64,000 nucleotides of DNA. Origin: Octopus sinensis. Lineage: Eukaryota. The stretch lies in the NCBI RefSeq assembly GCF_006345805.1, contig NC_043011.1, positions 15,698,464 through 15,762,463 on the forward strand. The letters are read 5' to 3'. Positions 1 through 13,607 of the stretch are shown here, one piece after another. The notes below the pieces were generated by a model. The model was not told the origin of the DNA. It saw only the letters and a list, made by a program, of their open reading frames with translations, and did not search any database. A program made the translations under genes and the position numbers. The stretch's first letter is position 1, and every line of letters begins with the position of its first letter.

Positions 1-760
1 AAACATCAAAATGCAAAACGCATGAGGTACATTTATGTGTAGAACAAACACGTTTGGTGACTTGCAGGAGCAAAGCACTCTAGAAACGCAATGTCTCAGA
101 AGAAAATGATTCCATACACGTGGAGTTACATCTACATATACAGTAAGTATGCCTTTTATTGTTAAAGTTTTACAGAAATTATTCGACTTCATAATTCCTG
201 CGATATTCCGCTGTGAATTGCGATTTTATGGGCTGTAATATTTTGCCTTAATTACCCTTATATTTCACCATCTTATAGCATTAAAAACCATTTCATATTT
301 ACTGAGCTGTAGAAAAGACAATTAAAAATGTGTTTTCTTTATAGCTGCGAGATATTTGTTCCTGTTGTAATCAGAAGGTGATTATCTAAGAACAAAATTT
401 ACATGAACAATACAGCTCCAGCTAGTATTTATCTCTTCATCAATGATTTCTGCAAAACGAAAATCGACGGTGTTTTCCAGCGAATAATTGTATTTTCTTC
501 CCGTTTTTGTTCGTTTGACCCTACTGTTAGATATAAAAATTATTTTCCCGCCCAAACAACCAACTGTAGTAAAAAACGGAGAAGTAAGGTCAATAACTAA
601 GCAGTGGCAGAGAACCAGTAGACGACTAGTAGACAACTAGTAGACAAACGAGACCATGGCTCAAACGCAGTCTTAAAATATCCTATCAAGATAGATAGAG
701 GTCATTGACGTACAGAAGGAAATGCGGGGGTTGCATTAATTGTCTCTACGTTCATAATCC

Positions 761-1072
761 GTGGAGGTACATGGCCTAGTGGTTAGAGCAGCGGACTCGC
801 GGTCGAGAGATCGCGGGTTCGAATCTCAGACCGGGCAACGTGTGTGTTTATGAGCGAAACACCTAAACTCCACGCAGCTCCGGCAGAAGGTAATGGCGAA
901 CTTTTGCTGACTCTTTCGCCACAACTTTCTCTCACTCTTTCCTCCTGCATCTTGCAGCTCACTTGCAACGGACCGGCGTCCCGTCCAAAAGGGGAACCTA
1001 TACGCCAAGGAAACCGGGAAACCGGCCCTTATGAGCCAGGTATGGCTCGAGAAGGAACAAACAAAAACAAAC
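761..1072 (+). mobile_element. tRNA-derived SINE, group A (full length, with TSD)
   Basis: tRNA-like head with A box TGGCCTAGTGG and B box GGTTCGAATC; central GCCACAACTTTCTCTCACTC; tail ending GAGAAGGAACAAACAAAAACAA; 13-bp direct repeat ACGTTCATAATCC at 748-760 and 1073-1085; homologous copies at 28848 and 59043. Confidence 0.92.
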
Positions 1073-2096
1073 ACGTTCATAATCCAAGTTATGATACCCA
1101 TGTAAAGATATAACTGCAGCACAGTTTTATTTATACATACACTGTATTCACATTATAGACAGAGCACCAATTTCGACAGCGAATTCTCAGGAATGATATG
1201 AAAACAAAGCAACTTTTCCATACTCTCTATAAATCCACTTTAGAAAAACATCGACCAAAATCACACTGCTATTTTCGATATCATCACGTAAACGTCCTTC
1301 CTAATAAACTGTCCATATGTGCATTTGATTAAGATGTAAATTTACATGGTCAGTGTTTCCTTAATTCGACATCATTCTATTAGTAACATTACAATTAATA
1401 TTGATATCTTCGCATGAAGGTGCAATAATTATTTGGTTGAGTGTCAAGTTTGTGTTCATTATAGATTAGCGAAGATTATACTTACAAAACAGCTGAAATT
1501 TTTCTTTTAATATTTCTCGTTGTCTGGAACATCATATTTACAATCAGTCTAACAATCACCTTATTCGATTCTATAGTCTACAAGAAATGTTTCATGTCGA
1601 ATAATATAATATTCCTGAACCGTTAATTTATATGTTCCGTTTTCATTTCCTGTAAAATCATGTGAAATTTACATATGGAACACACATCATTAGAGAAATC
1701 GAAATGGATGATATCTTCAAAATGCAAAATTCATAACAGGAGTCGTTAAATACTAATTCGTCCTGTCATAGTAAATGTCTTCCCTGATACTTTTTCCTAA
1801 GCTCATCGTTCTAAGCTATTGCTTTCATTCGTCACTACTGTTCACCCTACACAATGGCCAAATGTTCTATGGCTGGACGCAGTTGAGTTATATTACTAGA
1901 AAAATATGCATAATAGTGAATTGCACAATACGCATTTTATAAAAGCATTTATTGTCAATAAAAATAACTTCATAATTGGACATAAATCAGTATCGTTCAA
2001 TTCAGAAAAAAATACGAAAGGTAAATAAACAGTTGATTTCATCTAGAAGTGTTAACTTTTCTACCACTTCAAACTGTCGTTGTTGCTAGGTACGCC

Positions 2097-2147
2097 AGCT
2101 TCTACTCTAGTTTCAGTTAGATCAGGATAGACTGTGTTCCTCAGAAG
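2097..2147 (-). ncRNA. Degenerate minimal hammerhead ribozyme candidate
   Basis: Minus strand reads GCACTT CTGAGGA ACAC AGT..ACT GAAA CTAGAG TA GAAGC. Core boxes and a GUA site are present, but stem I is imperfect and stem II has a 4-nt bulge. Confidence 0.35.
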
Positions 2148-2561
2148 TGCGTTCGAGCACACACATTCACACACAGACAGAGAGACAGACACGCACACAC
2201 ACAACACGCGTTCAAGCAAACATTTTTCATAAGCAAACATATCAATAAGTTTTTCAATTGATATCCATACATCCATGAATGTGTCAGAACACATGTGTCT
2301 GAGTGCATTTTATATCATACTGCAGCCGACCATCAAGAGGAACAAAGGAAGCTTGAAGTATTTGTCAGTTTCATCTCCTCATATAAGAAACACGTTTCTT
2401 TTTCTCATTCGTGGCCGTGCAGGATATTTGAAATTCTGATGTAAAAACAGAGAATCACTGTTGCCAAGCATTCCGTCTAACACTCTAAAATTACTGCCAA
2501 CATAGCATCGGATGTTCAGTACATTATTTATTGAGAGCGAAAATATTACAGATATAGGACA

Positions 2562-2777
2562 CTCTTTTACTCTTTTACTCTTTTACTTGTTTCAGTCATT
2601 TGACTGCGGCCATGCTGGGGCACCGCCTTTAGTCGAGCAAATCGACCCCGGGACTTATTCTTTGTAAGCCCAGTACTTATTCTATCAGTCTCTTTTGCCG
2701 AACCGCTAAGTGACGAGGACGTAAGCACACCAGCATCGATTGTCAAGCAATGCTAGGGGGACAAACACACACATAAA

Positions 2778-2866
<89 letters not shown>

Positions 2867-3125
2867 AATAGATGAGTGTATTTTTACCTTGTTAACAATT
2901 AACACGGAAAAAATAAATAAATAGTAACCAGGGTGGCAAAAATCTCACAAAATACATATATACGACAGGCTTCTTTCAGTTTCCGTCTACCAAATCCACT
3001 CACAAGGCATTGGTCGTCCCGGGGCTATAGCAGAAGACACTTACCCAAGATGCCACACAGTGGGACTGAACCCGGAACCATGTGGTTGGTTAGCAAGCTA
3101 CTTACCACACAACCACTCCTGCGCC
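2562..3125 (-). mobile_element. tRNA-derived SINE, group B (full length, internal CA/TA microsatellite)
   Basis: Reverse complement of GGCGCAGGAGTGG..GGTTCCGGGTTCAGTCCC head, GGTAGACGGAAACTGAAAGAAGCC core and (GAGTAAAA)n tail; matches copies at 4538 and 20982. Confidence 0.9.
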
Positions 3126-3359
3126 ACTTGAGCGGGATTTGAAGACTGAGTGTGGATAATCTAAACAAATACAGCAAACTTCGAATGACACAACCAATCA
3201 GTGGGTTTAATACTAAAATTCATCTATCTATATATTTATCTTTCTCTGCACACACACACACACACGCATACACACACACATACACACACACACATATATA
3301 CATACACATATGTACATACACTTCTAATGTAATATATGTCCTTGAAGTAGTAACTGTAC

Positions 3360-3447
3360 GCGGCTGAAGAAGGCCATAGATACACAGTTACATCAATTAT
3401 GCATTGTTATAAAACCGTCTAATAAAGGCCCGAAACATATGTACCGC
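3360..3447 (+). ncRNA. Minimal type-I hammerhead ribozyme (PLE-type)
   Basis: GCGG CTGAAGA AGGCC..long stem II..GGCCC GAAA CATATG TA CCGC: stem I GCGG/CCGC, palindromic stem III ACATATGT, GUA cleavage triplet; A.C mismatch at the base of stem II. Confidence 0.7.
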
Positions 3448-3567
3448 TAAATCCTCTGAATCATGTTCTTATTTTGATTAATATACTCTATCACCTACAC
3501 CACTAAATGGGATATACAGGTGCTTACAACTATCAAGTATTCACCCTGAATTTATATATATATATAT

Positions 3568-3611
<44 letters not shown>

Positions 3612-3640
3612 TATATTACATATATATACGTATATATATA

Positions 3641-3929
3641 TCACCGCGATCACCGTGACGGCCAGGCTATCAGATGTTGCTACACATGGCTGGTCACAAT
3701 GCGCTTCGCATTGTTTTAGACTTCAAATGACGCTACCCCGCTGGCTAAGCGAGCAGGCCAAGAGAAGAAAGATTGAGAGAAAGTTGTGGCGAAAGAGTAC
3801 AGCAGGGATCGCCACACCCTCTGTCGGAGCTTCGTGGAGGTTTAGCTGTTTTCGCTAAATAAACACTCACAACGCCCGGTCTGGGAATCGAAACCGTAAT
3901 CCGACAACCGCCAGTCCGCTGCCCTAACC

Positions 3930-3930
<1 letters not shown>
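3641..3930 (-). mobile_element. SINE with group A head/core and a third type of tail (5' end lost in (TA)n)
   Basis: Minus strand TGGTTAGGGCAGCGGAC..GGTTTCGATTCCCAGACCGGGCG..GCCACAACTTTCTCTC, then a different tail ending ..GATCGCGGTGA. Confidence 0.8.
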
Positions 3931-3986
<56 letters not shown>

Positions 3987-4537
3987 TATATTACATATAT
4001 ATTTCTAGACATAGAAATAGTTGTACACACACACTCACACACACATATGCATGTACATAGCTACCTACCTACAGATATGCGTGTGTATGTGCATCTGTGT
4101 GAACATATCCCTTTGACTCTCTGGGCGTGTATATGTGTGTGTGCGTGTGCGTTTGTGATGAGTATCTGTGTGAATTCCAAGAAACCAAGGAAGTCAATGG
4201 ATCTTGTAACATACGATTCGTTCTTGTAAAATTAATTAAGGAGGAGATAAAACGATAAACGGAATCCAACGAAGAAAGAAGTTGTGAAACTTGCAACAAA
4301 GTTTATTGATTTGCGCTCTTGCTCTTCAAGAGCCACCGAGATCATATCAACGAGACTCAGACACTGTATATATGTTTTTCCTCAACAGTCTAAATACGCA
4401 AGGATTTATGCAACTCAAATCTGCCGACACAAGCATTTACTTTTTTGCGCTCCCTTCTTCTGCCTTACGCACACATATACGCAGGCACATGCAAATACAT
4501 AGCTGTTTCATAAGTAACGAATAGTGTATGATATCAA

Positions 4538-4968
4538 CAGGAGTGGTTGTGTGGTAAGTAGCTTGCTTACTATCCACATGGTTTCGAGTTCAGTCCCACT
4601 GCGTGGCACCTTGGGCGAGTATCTTCTACTATATATTTCTTTATTTTTTTTTTACTATAGCTTCGGGCCAACCAAAACCTTGTGAGTGGATTTGGTAGAC
4701 GGAAACTGAGAGAATCCCGTCGTATATATATATGTATATATATATATGCGTGTGTGTGTTTGTGTGTCTGTGTTTGTCCCCCCGACATCGCTTGACAAGC
4801 GATGTTGGTGTGTTTACGTCCACGTAACTTAGCGGTTCGGCAAAAGACACCGATAGAATAAGTACTAGGCTTACAAAGAATAAGTCCTGAGGTCGATTTG
4901 CTCGACTAAAAGGCGGTGCTCCAGCATGGCCACACTCACATGGCTGAAACAAGTAAAAGAGTAAAAGA
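4538..4968 (+). mobile_element. tRNA-derived SINE, group B
   Basis: GGAGTGGTTGTGTGGTAAGTAGCTTGC head, GGTTTCGAGTTCAGTCCC B box, same core and GTAAAAGAGTAAAAGAG tail as 2562-3125. Confidence 0.9.
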
Positions 4969-6207
4969 GAATGAGTAGACACTTACATAAGGTTCTTATG
5001 TCTTTCATGCGAATTTTTTTGTTATTTGTAACTAGAATATTCTAAAGTATTTTTTAAAGTAATAATAAGAGTAAGAACAAAAACGAGTAAATAGATATCT
5101 CGCTAACCTTCCTATTTTCTTGCAACTTCTGCAGAAAACAGAAATCAGTTATTGTAACTTAAAACGCACTTGTTTAAACGCCATAGCTCTACGACTCACA
5201 CTCTGCTAAAGCCTGTTGCTTCTTCACTGCAGTCGCTTCTATCTTTCAACACCTGCTCAATTGCAGTTATCTCACTTGAATAATAATGTGCTTTTGATTT
5301 ATGATAACAATGCATGTTCATTTAAAATCTAAGGACATTATCGTATTTTATAAACTAATAGAATTTGCAAGATCCAGTAGATTCTGCGTATTGCATAATA
5401 ACCAACGTAGAATTAATGTTGTGTTGCTGTTATTGAATTATAATCAGGTCTGCGGCGGTTAAAGGCTGTGTTCATTTATATGCAAATCTGTATGTTTTGG
5501 ATTCAAACGCTTCTGCTTGGCTTTACATTTGACTCTTCTGAGCTAAATAAAAAAAAAAAAATTTAATTATATACGTGTGGACCTATTGCCTTATTTAGTA
5601 TTACTATTTAGTAACTCTTTCAAATATTTAAAATATATTTTATGAATATTTTCTCTCGGAGTCAAAAGTAAGCGGTATAAACATTTTGTTCACTCGTTGA
5701 CATACACCATTACGAGTGAGATATTTCTCGACATACCAGACGTAATACATGATCTGAATTTACACCAGCACCTGACCTCAGAATATTCTACTCAGTTACA
5801 AGCATCATTAACCACAAATTTTAAATCTGAAAATAACTTTCATTCTACATTTATCTTCTCTCCGAGGAGCTGAAATGGGGTGTTGAGCGATTTTCTTTAC
5901 GCTAATGATTAAGTCCTAAAAAAAGGCATGTGATTATATAGTAATTACATAACTACATATTCTAAGTCATCTTTCAATCCAACACTTGAGAACGACCGCG
6001 GAATTGCAAAAATTGATGGTGATATATAAATAAACTGACTGTGTATATGGAATACACATGCATACAAGCCTAAAGAACAGACATATAAGAAAATGCATAC
6101 CTATATATATATATATATATAAATGCATATACAAACATACACACATAGAAATCCACACCACACCCACAGACACACAGAAACACACACACATGCAAACACA
6201 CAGACAA

Positions 6208-6244
<37 letters not shown>

Positions 6245-6946
6245 CGCACACTGATGCAAATATGCTTGCGCATATATAGATAGATGAAGAAATGGCTCGT
6301 ATTGAATACACACAGAAATCAATTAGAAAACCATGTAAAAAACACGTTTTACTTCATTTATAGGACATAATGCAGATATATAATGATATAACTAATCACA
6401 CACACACACACAGAAACATACTCACACCCTTTACACACATATACTCACACACACACACGCGCGCCCGCACAACAGGCATATACACATAAAATCTAAATAT
6501 TTGGAACTGCATAAATACGAATAGATGAAAACGTAAAAACGCACACAATTACAGAATCACATAATAATACAGACTTTGAATGACATGGGCACCGCTTTGA
6601 TGTTTGATTTGCTCATTAGTATATTTTTATACATCACGGTATTTGATATATTTTTATGAATATTTTCAAATATAATTAGAATAGTTTGTTTTGTTTATGT
6701 TTTATATCATTAATTATAGTCGCTCGAATTTCGACAGTGTACTGAACTTTCTAATGCATCACCTGTACAATTTCTTGAAATTCAACATCGCTGTTTGTAT
6801 TTGTATCTACATATTATATACATACATATATGCATACATCTGTCCACCCATCCATCCATACAACATACATTCATGCATCCATCCATCTATACATACATAT
6901 ATTATCTATCTATCTATCTATCTATCCATCTCTCTCTCTCTCTCTC

Positions 6947-7057
<111 letters not shown>

Positions 7058-7108
7058 TAACCTTGTTTTATATATATATACATATATATATATATAATAT
7101 ATATATAT

Positions 7109-7250
7109 CCTTTTTTTCCTGAGTCCCTTTCTGTAGAAGGGCGTAGGCACGAAACGTAAAAGACTTTTTCTATTCCTGAGCGTTATACTAATACATCTGT
7201 TTGCTTTGTATGCCAACTGTCTTCGTATTTTGTTTTTTTCGTAAACTCTC
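7109..7250 (+). mobile_element. Short repeat (PLE pseudo-LTR-like) containing a variant minimal hammerhead at ~7122-7165
   Basis: AGTC CC TTT CTGTAGA A GGGC GTAG GCAC GAAA CGT A AAA GACT; homologous to 32706-32830 (minus) and more distantly to 41850-42030. Confidence 0.6.
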
Positions 7251-7356
7251 CCTATATATATATATACACATACATATATATATATATATATAGATATATA
7301 TATATATATAATATATATATATAATATATATATATATAATATATATAATATTATAT

Positions 7357-7426
<70 letters not shown>

Positions 7427-7440
7427 ATATATATATATTG

Positions 7441-7937
7441 AAATGGATAAATGAATTATCTTGTTACGGATTATTCAAAATTTAACCGATACCTGGGTAG
7501 CAAAAATCACAACAGAAAAAACACGGTTGAGGTTACGACCATGGGGTGTCGCAACCGTGCCTTAGCGCGGATAATTGAAGTTTTATATATTTAGTGAAGG
7601 GAAGAAATGGAGCTGATCGAAGATTCTACAAAATTCCTTTTTATTATTTACTACACATGTTTCAAAGGCTGCAAATTTCCAAATTCGTATTGAATAAGGA
7701 GACCATTTTGCAGCTTTCTCTTCAGGAAAAACCAGGAATATAAATCTCCAAAACAAATGCGCAGCAAGCTATTCGAACAAAACGCTCCCTAGGGGCCCAT
7801 GGCAAGGCACAAAACTGAGTCTCCTTATTCAATACGAATTTGGAAATTTGCAGCCTTTGAAACATGTGTAGAAAATAATAAAAACGAATTTTGTAGAATC
7901 TTCGTTCAGCTCCATTTCTTCCCTTCACTAAAAATAT
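7441..7937. mobile_element. Fold-back (inverted-repeat) element carrying a decayed hammerhead; same family as 57085-57625
   Basis: Arms ~7585-7703 and ~7819-7937 are reverse complements; minus strand has CTGAAGA (7725-7719) GAAAGCTGCAAA..TTTGCAGCCTTT GAAA CATGTG TA; flank 7445-7535 (TGAATTATCTTGTTA.GGATTATTC..TTAACCGATACCTGGGTA) is shared with 57090-57175. Confidence 0.8.
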
Positions 7938-7994
7938 ATATATATATATATGTGTATGTATATATGTATATATATATATATATATATCTATATA

Positions 7995-8037
<43 letters not shown>

Positions 8038-8057
8038 TACATATACATATTATCTTT

Positions 8058-8250
8058 CACTTGTTACCTTCATTAGACTGCAGCCATGTTGCGCACCATC
8101 TTGAAGAGGTTTTAGGTGAATGAATCGACTTCGGGACTTATTTTGTAAAGACTGATACTTATTTTATTGGCATCTTTCGCCGAACCGCAAGTTTACACGG
8201 ATTTAAACATACCAATGCCAGTAGTCAAGCGCTTGTGAGGGCCAAACACA
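8058..8250 (-). mobile_element. Diverged 3' part of a group B SINE
   Basis: GACTGCAGCCATG..ATCGACTTCGGGACTTATTTTGTAAA..TCTTTCGCCGAACCGC aligns with the tail of 2562-3125. Confidence 0.7.
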
Positions 8251-8345
8251 GATGCCACGACACACATACATACAAACAATCGCACACACTCTCACACAGA
8301 GATACACACACACCTATCTCTCCTACACATATATGTATGTATGTG

Positions 8346-8412
<67 letters not shown>

Positions 8413-8655
8413 TACTTATATATACCTACATACGGAGGCTGGTAGTATCTGATGATGGAATCAAGTTATAGCATTATTTTGGACCACGAGCAACCCAGAA
8501 ACAACTGCTGGACTCGTAAAACTCCAACTCAAATTCCTTTAGTTCCTGATATCATTTACATTGCATGTCCTGACATTTAATCCTCTAATAGCTCAAGTTG
8601 AAATCGCTTGAGCACTACGACGGGTATTCTGTACAGAACGTGCCTGTCTCTAATA

Positions 8656-8715
<60 letters not shown>

Positions 8716-8780
8716 AACTGTTTATCTATATCTCTCTCTATATATCTATCTATCTACCTATCTATCTATTTATCTATCAA

Positions 8781-8879
<99 letters not shown>

Positions 8880-9119
8880 GATGGGAATGGAAGTGCATAA
8901 TAAACACGAAAAAGAGATTCAGATTTTAATAAAGTATTTAATTGGAAATCAGTTAAGAACAGAAATCAATTAGAAACTATCTGTGTAAAACGGCACACAT
9001 TTCATTACTAGCTCTAGAAGCATATATAAAACTCAATAACCATACACACACACATAGCACATATACATACATATATATATATATGTATATATATATATGT
9101 ATGTATATATGTGTATATA

Positions 9120-9194
<75 letters not shown>

Positions 9195-9533
9195 TTATAT
9201 ATATGTATATATATATATATATATTATATATATATATATATATACATATCTATTGAAGTCATAAAATTATGCTTATGCATGTTTATATGTACGTAAACAC
9301 AAACATAAAAACATAGTAACAAAGCTCTCATCACGCTAGTAAAGATATAGACTTTTGTTTGATGTCTCAGTTGTTCATTAGGATATTTTTACACATCATA
9401 GTGATTAGTATAGTTTATGAACATTTGCTAGCATAATTAGAATTGTTTTCTTTGTTTATAATTCCTAGTCGGCCAATGCAAACCAACTTAACCTTTCGTT
9501 TGAAGGTTTGAATTAAAGTGTACTTTTGTTTAT

Positions 9534-9592
<59 letters not shown>

Positions 9593-10880
9593 GAAATATG
9601 TTAAGGAGGAGCGTTACGCAGACATGTTCAGAAAAACTTACAGGTGTGCACAGATATGAAATGATGAAAACATATATATGCGCACACACATTCCAACACC
9701 TATACAAAGACGTACACAAGTACTCAATTACACACCTTTATCCACACGTGCATACTCACACACGTACACAGACGAGCACACACATCTATACACATGCACC
9801 TACAGGCACAGATACACAGACACGCACATACAGGCACACACATATACAGGTATATTATATAGAAGCAATCTCACGGACAGGTACTCTTTGAGATGTATAT
9901 TTGCACACAAACGTACTAAACTATTTATAAAACAGCTAAACAGAAAAGAGGCGGTAAAAATGGTGCAGGGATCCGAAAGGGTTCCTATTCTATAATTTAT
10001 ATTTAATTTAATCGTTGCTTTTGTAATGTGGACGTTGAAACTATGGAAGTTGATATTAAACTAAAGTTATCCAGCGAGATAAATCATACTGGGTCAAAAA
10101 TATACGCATGATGCAGCTACTGCTTGCACGAGAGCCAATGTTTTACCAAAAATCATTGAGCATGAAACTATGCTCTCTCTCTATCACCTATTTAGAGAAG
10201 AAATTTCCTAAGCAGTTGAATATAAAATCGAAATTCATTTCATTTGCTGTCAAGTTCCACCACAAAGACAATATTTATAAATGCGAAGTAAAGCCCTAAA
10301 ACTATGAAAGAAATATTTAAATCGGATACACAAGTAAGCTAACTCCTTTTCGTTTTTTACTATTACAATATTATGAATTTTAACAACATAATAGTTTCCT
10401 AAAACAATATTATGTGGTTCAACATCAATTCAAATTTCTTCGCAGTCCTATAATGAAAATGTAAGATGAGATAATATGGCTAACTTTGAAGCCAATTTTA
10501 ACTTCCTTTGAGAAAAATCCACTTCTAAATTTTAAAAAAACACTGAGACCTCACCCCCCTCTCTCTCTCCCTCACTCCCTCCCTAGACAGAAATAATGGG
10601 TCATACATTTATTTATTATAAGCTTACATGTTTTTCGGATACCCATTTGGGTGCTTTCAGAGTTTTATTTTATCAAACCACTCTTTCACCGACTGAAATT
10701 AGAGAGAAAATCCTTACAATGATGTTTTTTTCGTGTCAGCTACAACAAATCAACTGCCAAAGAAAACAAGTAAAGACGAGAAAAATTATGAAATTTTGTC
10801 CTTATGGCATTTATTCAAAATGAGGTCGTCTGTTTCAAGACATCACCCTCAAGCTTTAGAAGCGTAGAGATGTATTGAAA

Positions 10881-11391
10881 GATACAGAAATAAGTTATTC
10901 TCAAACGCATGATAATACTAATACAATAGCATGAACAGGATAAATTATACATATATTGCAGAAAACAATGTTACCAGCCAGCCAGCCATGAGACTCAAAC
11001 TCACATCCCTGTAATTACGCGGCAAGTGCTTTACCTTTAAGCTAAACTGCCCAGTAAAGAGTCGTCCTGCAATTTGAGGATTTACAAATCTAGCTTTATA
11101 AGATGCTATCATTAAATTCAACTTACGATGAAAATAAACAAAGTTTGCTTCAGAAGCGTCGAGAAGTATTGAAAGATAAAGCTAGATTTATAAATCCTAA
11201 AATTGCAGAACAATTCGTTACTGAGTTGTTGAGCTTAAGGGTAAACACTTGACACGTAATCACAGGAATGTGAGTTCGAGTATCATGGCTGGCCAGTAAA
11301 CGATATTTTTCTACAATATATGGATAGTTTATCATGTTCTTGCTTTTGTATTGGCATTATCATGCGTTTGAGAATAAATTATTTCTGTATC
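10881..11391. repeat. Inverted duplication of ~175 bp, each arm containing a tRNA-like sequence
   Basis: 10881-11057 is the diverged reverse complement of 11218-11391 (e.g. GATACAGAAATAAGTTATTCTCAAACGCATGATAAT vs its complement at 11356-11391). Confidence 0.8.
11223..11294 (+). pseudogene. tRNA-Thr(CGT)-like pseudogene or SINE head (mirror copy at 10981-11052 minus)
   Basis: AGCTTAAGGGTAAA (D arm/A box), TGA CACGTAA TCA anticodon hairpin, GTGAGTTCGAGTATCAT (T arm/B box); the acceptor stem pairs poorly. Confidence 0.45.
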
Positions 11392-12469
11392 ACCCAGTAA
11401 TGAAATTTGATGACCCACAACCTCCTTACGGTCAGATGCAGGTTTTTAACATTTACTACAATATTTTTAGAAACTATGTTAGGTCAGTGGCAGGTTTTGG
11501 TGTTTCCTGCTGTATGTTGGGGAACTATATAAGGGGAAAGTACTTGAAAATATACGAAGCAAAAAGCAGCTATTATTTTCGACACCAAGTATCAACTTCT
11601 ACTTTATTAATTACCAGAGTCACATAAATACAAACAGTTAACTGGAATAATAACAAGTAGTTATCAAGGATTATAAATGAATAATCTATCACAGGTAAAA
11701 TAACAGTGAGACTAAGACTACATGTAATACTAAATTATGGCACTAAGTATCATTGAAACAGCTGCAATAATGAGACTAAGATATAATTCTTAAATAGGGT
11801 AATAGGATAAATTACACAAGAGCTAAGAAAAGATAAACCCCAAAAAGTCAAATAAAGCCAGAGGCAAAACAAAAGTAACAAAATTGAAAATAAATATAAA
11901 AGGAAAAAATAAAAAAGGAGACGTAAGAGAAGTGATACATGAAAATAAACAGTAAAAAATATATCTTATCAAATATAAAGAGAGAAGAGAAAAGAAAAGG
12001 AATCTCTAATTCTAGCAATGAAGAAGATTCTTAAATTAAATATGCGTTATTTTGAACTTTAGGACTACGGTGTGCGAGGGTAATCTATTTTAGTTATTAC
12101 AGTTGTTGTTTGTAGTGGATTGTAACATCCATTTCACAAACCAATCGAAATTTTAAGTATGTTAGCCGCAACTCAAATCATACAAGACGTATTATAAATT
12201 CTATAGGGAAGCCAACAAAGAAAGCTTTAAACCATACGAGAGATATTGCAACCTAGTCCTAATGGAAGGAGGTCTCACTGAACAAACTAAATACATTCCA
12301 AATAAGTATTCGGTATAGTAATGTTAAAAATTGTACGTAATTACGATTCTGGTCACTGCCATGGTAATAGAAAGTAATCCAGGGATAGTTCTAAAGAATA
12401 CAATAGGGAAGTTAATCATAACACGAGTCGTGTTGCTGAATCAACGGACATAGAAACACCGGGGCTAAT

Positions 12470-13290
12470 GCAGAAGCGTACCTCTCCTTCAAAAATTTAT
12501 CTTTTTGAAAAATCTTTTTCGGATTTCTACCTTTTAGATGTCGGAGATTAAGAATAAAAAAAAAAAATCACCCACTACTCCTTCCCGCCAACCCCAACCC
12601 CCAATTAAAATTTTGAACTTTTTTCGAATTTTTTTTTTCACCTATGTTTTAGATGATGGGGTTCCGAATATGCAACAAACCCCTTTTTCAAAATTTTAAA
12701 TTCGTCAAGCATATAGACATGTGTATAAAGAGATGGATAGATAGCTATGAATGTCTTTCACGGGCCAAAAACAACAGTAACACCGTCTTTTGTAGGACCG
12801 CCACATTTAGTTGACAAATATATTTTATGAATAAACGGATATGGATAAATAGATAGACAGACTAATAAATAAATGGATGAAAAAGTTCAAAATTAAAAAT
12901 TGGGGGAAGGGGTGAAATTGGAGCCCCTTATCAAAATTGATAACATTAATAATTAAACATTAATGTTTGCTTCTCATAAAATGGTGTATATTTAATTTAC
13001 ATTCAATTACTATTTACGATTATTTAAGGCAAGCACAAGTAAATGGCAAATTTCTTTTAGCTTTTAATGTTTTTGTCTATATTGAATTTCGATTTGCATG
13101 TGTTCGTCAATTCGCTACAATCTATTTAAAGTAAATAAAATTAAAATTTTAATTTGATGGGGGTGGGGGTGATGTGGATGAATTTTCTTTACTTTTGCTT
13201 ATTCGTAAACTCCGACATCTGAAACGTAGGGATCCGAAAACAATTTTTTCAATACAATGCATTTTTCAAGTAGGAGTGCGATTCTGCTTT
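12470..13290. mobile_element. Old non-autonomous DNA-transposon-like element with diverged ~90-bp inverted repeats
   Basis: TTCGGATTTCTACCTTTTAGATGTCGGAGATTAAGAATAA (12518-12557) pairs with TTATTCGTAAACTCCGACATCTGAAACGTAGGGATCCGAA (13199-13238); similarity extends outward to GCAGAAGCG / CGATTCTGC. Confidence 0.5.
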
Positions 13291-13607
13291 CATCTCGAAC
13301 CACCCTCAGCTAACTGAAACGAATATAAGCTAAATGAACATAAACATAAAACCTCGAGCATTAACACTAGTTCGAGTAAATCCACTAATAAATATAAACT
13401 ACTCCCAAAATGATAACGACAAGAGGATGATAACAAGAGTGATGAATAGAGACAACGAAATAGTAGGTAGGAAAGGTAGTGAATGTTGTTGGCATCCTTT
13501 GAATGTAGTAATTACTTAAGTAATTAATTTAAATGTATATATAAGCAAAAATGCTAGATCTAAAATCACTCTAAGAAGCCTACGCAGTAGTTGTACTGAC
13601 AAGTAAT

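Noticed and set aside
763-835. Functional tRNA genes at the SINE heads
   Set aside because: Each continues into a shared SINE body and several have TSDs; treated as SINEs, not tRNA genes.
4262-4360. C2H2 zinc-finger-like CETCNKVY*FALLLFKSHRDH
   Set aside because: Contains a stop, spacing is off and there is no linker or neighbouring finger.
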